Shown here: positions 10,860 through 21,117 of the stretch, one piece after another
How positions within the stretch are numbered: position 1 is the stretch's first letter
How the letters are laid out: each line of letters starts with the position of its first letter
Program-made: the position numbers and the translations under genes
The notes under the pieces: model-generated
Database searches by the model: none
Seen by the model: the letters and a program-made list of their open reading frames with translations, nothing else
Told to the model about the DNA's origin: nothing
NCBI GenBank assembly: GCA_963813025.1
Contig: CAWEXO010000004.1
Location: 64,001 to 128,000 of the forward strand
Length of the DNA: 64,000 bases
Source: an uncultured Verrucomicrobiae bacterium
Lineage (GTDB): Bacteria > Verrucomicrobiota > Verrucomicrobiia > Chthoniobacterales > JAFAMB01
Reading direction: 5' to 3'

Positions 10860-11150
10860 ATGAAACGGTGTTTGTCTCTCAGTTCCATCCTGCTCCTGTT
10901 CTGCGCCTTGTTCCTGGAGGGGTGTAACAAGAGCCCGGTCTCCAAACTGAACCGTTCAAACTACGATCAAATTCATGAGGGCATGTCCAAGGAGCAAGTC
11001 CAAGCGATCCTCGGACCGCCAACCGCGATCAAGACTGAGGATAAAATAATTTATAAGCGAACCGTTTGGCGTTATACCGAAGGTGACAGGTATATCAATA
11101 TCACCTTTAAGAACGACGAGCTGGACAGTAAAGATACCAACCTGTCCTAA
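10860..11150 (+). CDS. Small lipoprotein, SmpA/OmlA(BamE)-like domain
   Basis: Lipobox LEGC; IHEGMSKEQVQAILGPP...WRY pattern. Confidence 0.75.
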   Translation: MKRCLSLSSILLLFCALFLEGCNKSPVSKLNRSNYDQIHEGMSKEQVQAILGPPTAIKTEDKIIYKRTVWRYTEGDRYINITFKNDELDSKDTNLS

Positions 11151-11177
11151 GCCTCTTTAGGAGCTTTCTAGCAAGCA

Positions 11178-12209
11178 ATGGAGCAATCAGCGGAACCGCC
11201 TGAGCAGCTCGCACCCGGAAACGCGAGCCGAACCTCGGAAATCAGTCCGGTGGACCCGGCGATTTCGCCGGACTCTTCCTGGTTGCGCATGGATCCCGAG
11301 CTTACTCGCGCGGTCCTGGCCAAAACCGAAGAGGAGTTGCTCGGTGGCTTGGCCGCGCTGATGCGAAATCGTGTCGAAACCGAGAAAGCGGGGCGCAGAC
11401 TTGCCCAGCTCTTGCTCGACATTGAGGAGGCGCGAAAGGAGCTGCAGAGCGTAAAAAATCAGGTTCGTTCGGCGGAAAACGAACTGGCGAACCGGCTTGC
11501 CGAGCAAGAGCGCATCCGGGAGGCAACAGCGGGAATCGAGCAACCCCAATCACACCAGCAGGAGTTTGAGAAATTGTCCGTGGCTCATCGCGCCTTGCGA
11601 GACGAACATACTGGTCTGCTGAACGAGCGCGACTGGCTGCTCGGCGAGATTAGTCAGCTCAACGAGGAAAAGAAAAAACTTCAGACGGAAGGCAAAGAGA
11701 AAGCAGTTTGCGTTGAGAATCCGCAGCCCAGTCAAATGGGACCGCCGGAGGCTGACGAGATCGTACCATTGCTACTGAACCATCCGTTGCCCAAGGTAAC
11801 CGCAGGCTGGGACTCTTACCCATTGGAGAGTGAGCTTTTCACTGACGACCCGCTCGATGCTCCGCGAATCGCGGATCTGGTGAAAAACCTGCCCGGTTTG
11901 ACGGGCTCATTGATCGTCAGAAATTATGGACCGGTCCTTGCCAGTGCGTTGCCGGAACGTTTCTATGATCACTTGAAAGTACCGCACGGAAATTACAACC
12001 TGCTCTTTGAACGGCTACCTGAGCGTGTAGAGGAGAGCTGCCGAGCCTCCGCCCGACTGGCGACGTTTCGGATCGGGGCGGAGCATCTCACTGTCACTCA
12101 GGCAAATCATGCCTTCCTGATTGTCAGTCATGAGAAGCCGAAGCTGATAAGCGGCGTTCCGGAAAAGCTGGTTGCGATCACGACAGAACTGTCGAGGATG
12201 TATGGGTAA
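11178..12209 (+). CDS. Coiled-coil protein with a Roadblock/LC7-like C-terminal domain
   Basis: Heptad-rich N-terminal half; C-terminal 'LVKNLPGLTGSLIVRNYGPVLASALP' resembles the start of a roadblock fold. Confidence 0.55.
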   Translation: MEQSAEPPEQLAPGNASRTSEISPVDPAISPDSSWLRMDPELTRAVLAKTEEELLGGLAALMRNRVETEKAGRRLAQLLLDIEEARKELQSVKNQVRSAENELANRLAEQERIREATAGIEQPQSHQQEFEKLSVAHRALRDEHTGLLNERDWLLGEISQLNEEKKKLQTEGKEKAVCVENPQPSQMGPPEADEIVPLLLNHPLPKVTAGWDSYPLESELFTDDPLDAPRIADLVKNLPGLTGSLIVRNYGPVLASALPERFYDHLKVPHGNYNLLFERLPERVEESCRASARLATFRIGAEHLTVTQANHAFLIVSHEKPKLISGVPEKLVAITTELSRMYG

Positions 12210-12286
12210 GACACACGGCCTCGGGCGTCACCTCCTCCAAATGCAGACAAGTTCCGCGCTACATCGTAGCCGTGCGGCTCGCGCGC

Positions 12287-14194
12287 TTAGCGCGCAACGG
12301 CACTGGTCACGGTGCGTTTGGTGAGCTGGTTGCCCCGGCTGCGTGGACCGCGCATCCCGAATTGGGCGGGATCAAAGCTCTGCCCGTCGATGCGCGCGCC
12401 TTTAATATGGCGGTACTTCAGACGCACCTCGTTCACTGGACGATCTGTCAGCAACTTAATCTTGCCTCCTTCCGGCACGCAGGAGTAATCCCGGTTCATG
12501 ATCGCTCCGCCAATGGCGAAACGCTTGATAAAGCCCCCGCGTGCGGTGGAATAGATCATCGTCAAACAGAGATCTCTCCGGTAAATCCCGTGATAAACCA
12601 AGTTACGATCAACGAAAAGCCGCTCTGGCGGAGGCATGACTTGATACCGTCCGTTTTCCCAGATGATCAGGAGGCGGTCGAGCGGCGAACAGCGAAAAGC
12701 TGCTTCGCCCTTTACGGTCGAGCCGATGAGTCCCCGGTCCTGATCATAAACGATCGCCAGCTCGTCGGCGGTGAGTTCGCGGACATCGATCTCCTCGGCC
12801 GTGGTGAGCTGAGTTTTCCTCCGATGCTTCTTTCCATGAGTCTCGATAAACCTTTTCAAATAATCGATCGTATAAGCGGTGAGGCGCTTCAGATTTGTCT
12901 CGACTAACTTGATCTCGCCTAATAGCTGAGCAAGTTCCTTCTCGTTCTTGGCGCGATCAAAGCGCGAGATGCGTTTGATCGGTAAATCAAGGAGCAGATC
13001 AACATCCTCGTTGGTGATTTCGCGCGGCAATCGGCGGACGAATGGTCGCAGGCCGCGGAATACGCTCTCCTGAACTTCCTGGGCGGTAACGCTATTTTCA
13101 ATCTTCAGGTAAACCCGATTTTCGATAAAGATCTGGATCAGGGTCTTCCGAAAATGCTCCGCCTGTAATGCAGCCCGTTTCAACTCAAGCTCGCGCCGAA
13201 GAAGGGTGGTGAGCTGCTCGGTATTAAAGCGAATTACCTCATCGACATCCATCTGGACCGGGCGCTCGCCGCGAATGACAACGAGATTCGCCTGAACGGC
13301 CAATTCGCATTGCGAGAAATGATAGAGAGCAGCCATCGCCTTTTCGGGATCCTCACCGGGAGCCAAGGTAATAACGACTTCAACCTGAGCCGCCGTGAAA
13401 TCGTTGATCGAACGAACACGCAGTTTGCGTTTGCGAACGGCTTCTTCAATAGAAGCGATCACCGACTCTGTCGTAGTCCCCGCCGGAATCTCGCGGATCA
13501 CCAGCCGGCCCTGCTGCTGCTCAATCTTCGCGCGCAGCCTGACTTTGCCATTGCCACGATTGTAGTCAGAGGCATCCAACAGACCGCCTTGAGGAAAATC
13601 CGGGACGAGTTTAAATCGACGCCCTTCGAGAACAGCGATCTGGGCCTTTAAGAGTTCCGTAAAGTTATGCGGCAAAATCCTGGTAGAGAGTCCCACTGCG
13701 ATTCCTTCAGCCCCGAGCATCAAGAGAATAGGTAGTTTGCTTGGCAGGACGACCGGTTCACGGTTGCGACCATCATAGCTCGGCACATACTCAGTCAGGG
13801 CGGGATTAAACAACTCGTTGCGGGCCAGCTCAGTTAAACGGCACTCGATGTAGCGAGAAGCCGCTGCCGGATCGCCCGTGAAGATATTGCCAAAGTTACC
13901 TTGGCCCTCAATCAGATAGGATTTATTAACCAGATTGACCAACGCGTCTTCAATCGAGACGTCGCCGTGGGGATGATACTGCATGCAATGTCCCACGATG
14001 TTGGCGACCTTATTGAAACGTCCATCGTCCTTTTCGTAGAGCGCGTGAAGAATGCGCCGTTGGACCGGCTTCAGACCATCCTCGAGCTGGGGAATTGCTC
14101 GATCCCGGATGACATACGACGCATACTGTATGAAATTGTCGTTGATAAGATCGCGGAGGGGATCCTCAGGCAGATGAAGCGAAGCTGACGGCAT
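12287..14194 (-). CDS. parC: Type II DNA topoisomerase subunit A (ParC/GyrA family, probably topo IV)
   Basis: YASYVIRDRAIP..DGLKPVQRRIL, YHPHGD and AASRYIE (catalytic Tyr); short C-terminal domain. Confidence 0.85.
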   Translation of the reverse strand: MPSASLHLPEDPLRDLINDNFIQYASYVIRDRAIPQLEDGLKPVQRRILHALYEKDDGRFNKVANIVGHCMQYHPHGDVSIEDALVNLVNKSYLIEGQGNFGNIFTGDPAAASRYIECRLTELARNELFNPALTEYVPSYDGRNREPVVLPSKLPILLMLGAEGIAVGLSTRILPHNFTELLKAQIAVLEGRRFKLVPDFPQGGLLDASDYNRGNGKVRLRAKIEQQQGRLVIREIPAGTTTESVIASIEEAVRKRKLRVRSINDFTAAQVEVVITLAPGEDPEKAMAALYHFSQCELAVQANLVVIRGERPVQMDVDEVIRFNTEQLTTLLRRELELKRAALQAEHFRKTLIQIFIENRVYLKIENSVTAQEVQESVFRGLRPFVRRLPREITNEDVDLLLDLPIKRISRFDRAKNEKELAQLLGEIKLVETNLKRLTAYTIDYLKRFIETHGKKHRRKTQLTTAEEIDVRELTADELAIVYDQDRGLIGSTVKGEAAFRCSPLDRLLIIWENGRYQVMPPPERLFVDRNLVYHGIYRRDLCLTMIYSTARGGFIKRFAIGGAIMNRDYSCVPEGGKIKLLTDRPVNEVRLKYRHIKGARIDGQSFDPAQFGMRGPRSRGNQLTKRTVTSAVAR

Positions 14195-14210
14195 CGCACA
14201 GTATGTTCGG

Positions 14211-14396
14211 GGAGTTCCAGGAAGTTCAAGGAAGTTCAAGGAAGTTCAAGGAAGTTCAGGGAAGTTCGAGGAAGGAAAGTTTGTGCGTCTCGGGAATGAC
14301 AAGCCTATCCGAGATCGATCGGCGATGGTGTAAAATTTATCGACTATGAGGTTTCTTGAAGTTCCTCGAACTTCCCTGAACTTCCTTGAACTCCTT
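14211..14396. repeat. Inverted arrays of 10-nt GGAAGTTCAA tandem repeats
   Basis: (ggaagttcaa)n at 14211-14272 faces (ttgaacttcc-like)n at 14362-14396; same family as 6111-6364. Confidence 0.85.
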
Positions 14397-14402
14397 CTTC
14401 CG

Positions 14403-14702
14403 ATGGCCAAGCAAAACTACTTTTTTAAACTTCTCCCGCCTCGAGTCACTTTCATCGAGGATATGACACAGCAAGAGGAAAAGTTGATGCACGAGCATGC
14501 GCATTATGTGGGTGAACAGATGAAGGACGGGAAGGTTCTTCTCTTTGGGCCGGTGAGAGATCCGGCCGGAGCCTTTGGGCTTGCTATCCTGGAGGTGGAC
14601 AATGAAGCGGAAGCGCGAACCCTCGGCGAGAACGACCCCACCGTGAGAGCTGGGCTCTGCCGGTTCGAGTGCTATCCAATGCGCGTTGTGAAGCCGGGTT
14701 AA
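14403..14702 (+). CDS. YciI-family protein
   Basis: MHEHAHY...GKVLLFGPVRDPAGAFGLAIL...ENDP pattern. Confidence 0.8.
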   Translation: MAKQNYFFKLLPPRVTFIEDMTQQEEKLMHEHAHYVGEQMKDGKVLLFGPVRDPAGAFGLAILEVDNEAEARTLGENDPTVRAGLCRFECYPMRVVKPG

Positions 14703-14846
14703 AGCGAGGGGGGGAAGGGGCGTAAGCCTCAGAGGAACGCCATTGCCGGCGGCGATATAGACCGCATCTTTGCTGATATCATTCGATTAGTTGTTAATCA
14801 GTATCCGGGGCGCTGTAAAAGAGCTTCTCCAACATCCATCGAGGCG

Positions 14847-16978
14847 TTAAGTTGGCGCATCCGATTTCTCTTCTGGCGGAGGCGTCACCTGTTGCGCGAG
14901 CAAGCTCAGGAATAGCCCGACATCCGTGACCACTCCGATACTTTCCACGGAACCGCGGTCCGCCAGTTTGGTAACAACCGCCGGATTGATATCGACACAA
15001 ACAAGTTTGACGCCGGCCGGAGTCATATTACCGACTCCAATGCTATGGAGCATCGAGCTGAGCATCAGGATCATCTCCGCTCCCGCGATGAGCCGGGCGT
15101 AATCCTTTTGCGCTTCCAGTATGTCGGTAAAAACCTCCGGCAAGGGTCCGTCGTCGCGGATCGAGGCCGCCAAAGAGAACGCCACGCTGGCCTTTACGCA
15201 TTCGTAGAAAACGCCCTTGGTCAGGATGCCTTGTTTCACGGCGGCGGCGATACTGCCGGCTCGCCGGATGGCGTTAATGGCGCGCAAATGGTGACGATGC
15301 CCGCCCTGGACCGGCGCCCCGCGATTTAAATCCACACCGAGTGAGGTGCCGAGCAATGCCTGCTCGATATCATGGACCGCGATCGCGTTGCCGCCTAACA
15401 GGACCTGCACATATCCTGCACGAATCAACCTGGCGAGATGTTCTCCGCCCCCGGTGTGGATTACTACCGGCCCGGCGACAACGACAACTTTGCCGCCGCG
15501 TTCCCGAATCCGCTCGAGTTCCCACGCAATCTGACGAACGACCAGTTCCACCTTGCGTTCGCTGCTGACGCCTGCGGCCATAAAGGAGAACTCTCCCTCG
15601 GCTGTGCCTCCCGCGACCGTGCGATCGTTCCGGGCTTCCGGCTTACGAGAGGTTTGAATGCCGTCAACGCCAACGACGACCCGATCGCCGCGCCGCAACT
15701 CACGCAATAGACGAATGGCCGCGCGGGGCGGTGTTGTCTGATTATCTACGACGATACAGCCGTCCATCCGTTGACCGCTAACGCGTACCCACTCACTATT
15801 GAGGCGCACTTCGGTGGGATAGATCGTGGAAACGTAAAAGTCCTCGGGAGCAACACCCTCGGTCGTCACCGCTTCAAGCCGCACGTCATCGGTTGCTTCC
15901 GAAGGCGGCGTAGCAGCGCCGAGATCGATGAGGTGCCCCAGCAAATCAGTGAGCACCTCGGAGGACGGCGCCGAGATCTGAATCTCCGCTCGCGAAGTGC
16001 TCTGACGCTGTTTACCGAGTTGGAAACTGCGTATCCGAAAACTTCCGCCGCCTTGTACCGTCAGCTCTAAAGCTTTTTCGAGCAAGCCGCTGTCTAGCAG
16101 GTGCCCTTCCAGGATCAAGACGCGGCTCGCAATGCCGCTGAGCGCCTTGGCTCCGGGACGCACGTCTTCGTTCAAGCGCAGCGTCAGACATTTTGCCGCC
16201 CCGCCGGATTTCATAAACTCAGAAAGAGCTATCTCGACAACCCGAAAACGATGCTTCGCGAGACGCGTTTTCAGTGAGTCGCTGCAGCGGTTGAGCACAA
16301 CGAGATCTCCGACATTGATCGCATTGGCGGCAAAGAGCACGGCATCGGCCTCATCCAGGACGATGCGTTTTTCCGTAGGCACCCGCTTTTCGATTTGCCG
16401 GTTGGAAAACGCGTCAAATGCGGCCGGATAATACAGCAGAAAGCCTGGCGCAGGGGACACAGGCACGTGTCAAGATGATAAAACCGCTTGTCGATCAGAC
16501 ACAGGCTTAATACCTCGACGTCGAGCCACTCCGCGATTTGCCGATGGGCGTCCAGTTCAGTGCGGAAACCGTATCCGGCGTACAGCAGCAAGTGTTCACG
16601 ATCGAACAGCGCGTCGCCGGCGCCTTCAAACGGCAGGTCTCTTGGCAGCTCGCGGACGCGAAAGCCGTTGGCCTCGAAGAAAACGCGAAAATATGCTTCT
16701 TCGGGCTGTCGTTCCCGGTGAAAAAAGGAGCTGAGTACCACCTCCTGGCCGAGCACCAGGCCGGCGTTAGCGGTAAACACCATATCCGGGGCCCCCGGTC
16801 GTGGAGGGATCAGATCCACCTCGGCCTCCTGACTGAGAAGAGCATGGAGCCGGTGCCATTGCTCGGAGGCCAGGCGGGGGTTCGCCCGATCCAGGTTCCC
16901 TTCCATCCACGGATTGATGACGTACTCGATCTGGAACTGATCGGGCGGACACATGAGAATGCGGTCGGATTGATCCAT
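14847..16978 (-). CDS. argZ: ArgZ/AgrE-like fusion of an amidinotransferase (arginine dihydrolase) domain and a TIGR00300/LOR-SDH ornithine cyclodeaminase domain; one indel near 16450
   Basis: ILMCPPD..YVINPWM, PDMVFTANAG, FEGAGD, FYHLDTC and KSGGAAKCLTL, followed by EGHLLDSG, GVSSER, LASIRDDGPLP-like and CVDINPAVVTKLADRG; the two ORFs join with one extra base. Confidence 0.85.
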
Positions 16979-17127
16979 AAGAAGCCTGGGTAAACGCTAG
17001 CCTGGCCGCAGTCTTGGCCAAGCATTAACTCCGGAATGGAGAGCGCCGCAGGATTTGTCGCGCGCACTCTCCATGACACGATGCCCTCGCACTGGTGCTC
17101 TGTCTGCCGTTTCGGTATTCTCGAACT

Positions 17128-17577
17128 ATGCGCTTTGTGCCGGTCCTCGCTATGGTATTCGCTGGATTTCTCATCTCTTTACAAGGGCCGATTAATGCCC
17201 GCTTGCGTCTGGCGGTTGAATCACCGGTCCTGAGCGCGGCCATATCGTTTCTTTCCGGAGGTCTTCTGCTCCTCCTGCTCATGGTCGTCGGCGCTTTCGG
17301 CGGTGCCGGAGCCGGTATCCGCGGCATGTTGAACGCGCCAGCCTGGTCTTATCTCGGCGGCGCGCTCGGGACCACTTTTGTTCTCGGTGCGATCATCGCG
17401 ATCCCGCAGGCCGGCGCCGTTGTTGTCATCTGCGCCGCTATTCTCGGCCAAATGATTGGATCTTATCTGATAGACACTTACGGATGGCTCGGAGTCACAA
17501 AGGTGCCCTTCGACCCAATCAGGCTTGCCGGAATCGGGTTCGTGATTCTAGGGGTGTTTTTGGTCCAAAGGAAATGA
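17128..17577 (+). CDS. DMT-superfamily (YdcZ/DUF606) membrane protein
   Basis: LQGPINARL, PAWSYLGGALG and ILGQMIGSYLID with about 5 hydrophobic segments. Confidence 0.9.
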   Translation: MRFVPVLAMVFAGFLISLQGPINARLRLAVESPVLSAAISFLSGGLLLLLLMVVGAFGGAGAGIRGMLNAPAWSYLGGALGTTFVLGAIIAIPQAGAVVVICAAILGQMIGSYLIDTYGWLGVTKVPFDPIRLAGIGFVILGVFLVQRK

Positions 17578-17756
17578 AAGGAGCGAGCAACGAACAGGTA
17601 GCCAGTCAATCGAGCGGAGGAATCGATGGAAGCGGGTTCAGCGGAGGGAGGTAGTTTCACAAGTTATGGCGATTGGCAGCCAGGCAAAAACTGCTGTTTC
17701 CGGTGGACGAATAGGTCGCATTGGGCCGATCGTGCCAGAAAAGGAGGCACCCTACT

Positions 17757-18765
17757 ATGAGAGATCTACCTTACAGAGAGCTTGGTCATTGCGATATCGG
17801 AGTTTCCCGCTCTTGGCTTGGGCTGCATGGGCATGTCCTTTGCCTATGGACCAACGGATGAGCAGGAGTCGTTGCGTGTCCTGCAGCGTTACCTGGATCT
17901 CGGCGGAAATTTTTTCGATACGGCCGAGACCTATGGTCCATACAAGAACGAGGAACTGCTCGGACGATTTCTCGCCCGAGTTCCCCGGGAACGCGTGGTT
18001 GTGGCCACGAAGTTTGGGTTTCGTTTCGCCGCGGACGGAACCAGACTGGAAGGGACGGACGGTTCGCCGGCCAATGTTCGGCGAGCGTGCGAGGGGAGTC
18101 TGCGCCGGCTCGGGATTGAGGTAATCGATCTTTTTTATCAGCATCGCGTTGATCAGGCAGTCCCAATCGAAGAGACAGTCGGCGCGATGGCGAAGCTGGT
18201 CGAAGAAGGCAAGGTGCGCACGTTAGGCCTTTCGGAAGCAGGTCCAAGCACCTTGCGAAGAGCGAGCACCGTTCATCCGATTGCTGCGCTGCAAAGTGAA
18301 TATTCCTTGTGGTCGCGCGAGGTGGAAAGTAACGGAGTACTGGAGACGTGCCGAGAACTTGGAATTGCCTTTGTCCCCTATAGCCCATTGGGTCGCGGCT
18401 TCTTGACGGGCGCGATTCAGAAACTCTCGGATCTTGATCCCAGTGACTGGCGGCGCACCAATCCTCGATTTGGCGAAGAAGCGTTGCGGCAGAATTTGAG
18501 GCTGGCGGATGTCGTCAAAGAGTTGGCCGGGAAGAAGGGCTGTACGCCCGCGCAGTTAGCCTTGGCCTGGGTGTTGGCTCAAGGGGATGATGTTGTTCCG
18601 ATTCCTGGGACAAAACGTGTCCGCTATCTGGAAGACAATATGGGTGCGCTGAACGTGAAACTCAGCGCAAGCGACCTCGAAGAAATCGATCGGCGCGTCA
18701 AAGGACTCGCGATTGTTGGCGAACGATATGCGCCCGATATGATGGACCTGATCGATCGACAGTGA
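17757..18765 (+). CDS. Aldo/keto reductase; one extra C near 17806
   Basis: AAGGAGG RBS, then [17 protein letters not shown]; removing one C from 'tccc' continues into [26 protein letters not shown] and PIPGT. Confidence 0.92.
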
Positions 18766-18831
18766 TCTGGGCCGTAGGGTAGGGGTTCACGCGGTTGGAA
18801 AGGCCCTCACTCCCGCCGATGCGTCAAGGCC

Positions 18832-20649
18832 TTATCGCGCCGCGGTTTCGTCCACCACCAGATGCCCCATGATATACTCGCGTCGTTGGGGTGTGTTCTT
18901 GCCCATATAAAACTGGAGCAGCGGTTGAATCGCGTGGCCATCGTCAACCGTCACCCGCGTCAGACGCATGTCCGGTCCGACGAAATGTTTGAATTCGCCG
19001 GGCGAAATCTCGCCCAGGCCTTTGAAGCGCGTAACCTCCGGATTCCGCAGACCTTCCATGGCGCGGTTCCGCTCATCCTCCGAGTAGCAGTAGACAGTGG
19101 TTTTCTTGTCGCGCACACGAAAGAGTGGTGTCTCGAGAATATAAACGTATCCGGCGGTCACGAATCCAGGAAAGAAACGAAGAAAACAAGTGATTAAAAG
19201 GTTGCGGATGTGCAAGCCGTCGACATCAGCGTCCGTCGCGATGATTACCTTTCCGTAGCGCAGCTTTTGCACATCCTCCTCGACATTTAGCGTGCGCATC
19301 AAGTTGAAGATCTCATCGTTCTTGTAAACAATGGTCCGGTTGAGATCCCAGACATTGAGCGGTTTTCCTTTTAACGTGAAAACCGCCTGGACGTTCGGGT
19401 CCCGGCAACTCGTGATTGAGCCCGCCGCCGATTGACCTTCGGTAATGAAAATCATGGACTCAGCTCCAGTTCCTTTGGCGAGATTGAGATGGAGCTTGCA
19501 GTCCTTGAGCTGCGGGATCCGCAACGAGATCGCGGCGGTACGTTCCCGCGCCAGCTTGCGGACATCCTGGAGTTCCTTGCGCAGCCGTTGGGTCTCTTGA
19601 ATTTTCGTCACCAGCCTCTCGGCGGCATCCCGATTGCGATGGAGCAGACCGGCCACGGCTTCGCGCACACGATTCACCAGTCCCGAACGAATCTCCGTGT
19701 TGCCCAGCTTATTTTTTGTCTGTGACTCGAACACGGGCTCCCTGAGCCGGATCGCAATTGCCCCGACCAGACCCTCGCGAACATCGTCGCCTTCGAACTT
19801 TGCTTTGGCATGATCATTCACCGCCTTCAAAACGCCTTCTCGAAAAGCGCTGAGATGGGATCCGCCATCCGGAGTGTATTGACCGTTTACGAATGAGTAA
19901 TTGTCTTCTGCCAGGCGGTTGGTGTGGCTGAAAGCGATTTCCAGCGTCTTCTCCCGATGATGAAGGATGGGATAAATCGGTTCCTCGCCCATCTCGTCGA
20001 CCAGCAAATCTTTGAGCCCCTCGTCGGAGCTGTAGACCACGTCATTGAACCGGATCTTCAGTCCGGCATTCAGATAGGTGTAAAGACGCAGTCTTCGAAC
20101 CAGGTGTTCTTGCCGAAAATCAAAATCCCCAAAAATGCTGGGATCCGGCTCAAACTCGATTTCTGTGCCGTTGGGCGCGGCTTGCCGGCCTGTTTTCCGA
20201 GACTTGAGTTCTCCCCGTTGAAATTCCGCCCGGAAAAAGTCGCGCTCGCGAAAGCTGGTCACCACGAAGCGGTTGGAGAGCGCGTTCACGGCCTTGGTAC
20301 CCACGCCGTTCAAGCCTACGCTGAACTGGAAAACGTCATCGTTGTACTTCGCACCGGTGTTGATGCGGGACACACATTCGATCACCTTGCCGAGAGGAAT
20401 GCCCCGGCCGTAATCGCGGACTCTGACCCGGCTTCCTGTGACGCTGACCTCGATTTCGCGGCCATAGCCCATGATGAATTCGTCAACCGCATTATCGATG
20501 ATCTCCTTGACCAGCACATAGATTCCGTCGTCGTAATGCGCGCCGTCTCCAATTCGGCCGATGTACATTCCGGTGCGCAACCGGATGTGTTCCAGGGAAG
20601 AGAGCGTCTTGATCTTGCTCTCGTCATAGTCGTGCTTGCGGGCGGGCAT
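18832..20649 (-). CDS. parE: Type II DNA topoisomerase subunit B (ParE/GyrB family, probably topo IV)
   Basis: HIRLRTGMYIG, EIIDNAVDE, GLNGVGTKAVNALS, EGQSA, DADVDG and RFKGLGEI. Confidence 0.87.
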   Translation of the reverse strand: MPARKHDYDESKIKTLSSLEHIRLRTGMYIGRIGDGAHYDDGIYVLVKEIIDNAVDEFIMGYGREIEVSVTGSRVRVRDYGRGIPLGKVIECVSRINTGAKYNDDVFQFSVGLNGVGTKAVNALSNRFVVTSFRERDFFRAEFQRGELKSRKTGRQAAPNGTEIEFEPDPSIFGDFDFRQEHLVRRLRLYTYLNAGLKIRFNDVVYSSDEGLKDLLVDEMGEEPIYPILHHREKTLEIAFSHTNRLAEDNYSFVNGQYTPDGGSHLSAFREGVLKAVNDHAKAKFEGDDVREGLVGAIAIRLREPVFESQTKNKLGNTEIRSGLVNRVREAVAGLLHRNRDAAERLVTKIQETQRLRKELQDVRKLARERTAAISLRIPQLKDCKLHLNLAKGTGAESMIFITEGQSAAGSITSCRDPNVQAVFTLKGKPLNVWDLNRTIVYKNDEIFNLMRTLNVEEDVQKLRYGKVIIATDADVDGLHIRNLLITCFLRFFPGFVTAGYVYILETPLFRVRDKKTTVYCYSEDERNRAMEGLRNPEVTRFKGLGEISPGEFKHFVGPDMRLTRVTVDDGHAIQPLLQFYMGKNTPQRREYIMGHLVVDETAAR

Positions 20650-20793
20650 AAGGACGATCGGTAAGATCAGTGAACGTCAACAGACGTCAATAAGGCAAGG
20701 GTCGGCTGCGTTTTCTCGCGACTCGGCCGAAGAAGGTTCTGCAAGAAACGAGTTGTTTGCCAAGCCCGCGCCGAAAGGTGCAAGCTCATAGAG

Positions 20794-20901
20794 ATGCCGG
20801 AACTGCCGGATATCATCTCCTATATAACAGCGTTGGAATCGCGTATAGTCGGTCAGCGACTCGTTCGAGTTCGAGTTGCGAGTACTTTCCTCCTTCGATA
20901 A
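20794..20901 (+). pseudogene. Fpg/Nei DNA glycosylase N-terminal fragment (35 aa)
   Basis: MPELPDIISYITALESRIVGQRLVRVRVASTFLLR* starts with the catalytic MPELP motif. Confidence 0.8.
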
Positions 20902-21095
20902 CCTGCACGGTTTCTCTTCATCATGATTTTCAGAACGCCCTCTTGAACTCAACCTTAGGGAGTCTGGATCCACACCTGGCAAGCTGATCACCCGCTGGAA
21001 CGCACCATAGGAGCGTTCAGTCCGATAATGACCATTGTGTTCGCTCTAGTGCTCTTCCTTCTTTTCGCCTTTGATCGTCAAGGTTTCGCCTGAGA
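20902..21095 (-). pseudogene. Hsp20/alpha-crystallin C-terminal remnant
   Basis: SGETLTIKGEKKEEH*SEHNGHYRTERSYGAFQRVISLPGVDPD, then a frameshifted GVLKI; contains an in-frame TAG at 21046-21048. Confidence 0.85.
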
Positions 21096-21117
21096 CTCGC
21101 TCGATCCCGCCGAGAGG

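Noticed and set aside
6111..14396. CRISPR array suggested by the GTTC/GAAC repeats
   Set aside because: Units are 9-10 nt, contiguous and without unique spacers; no cas genes are present.
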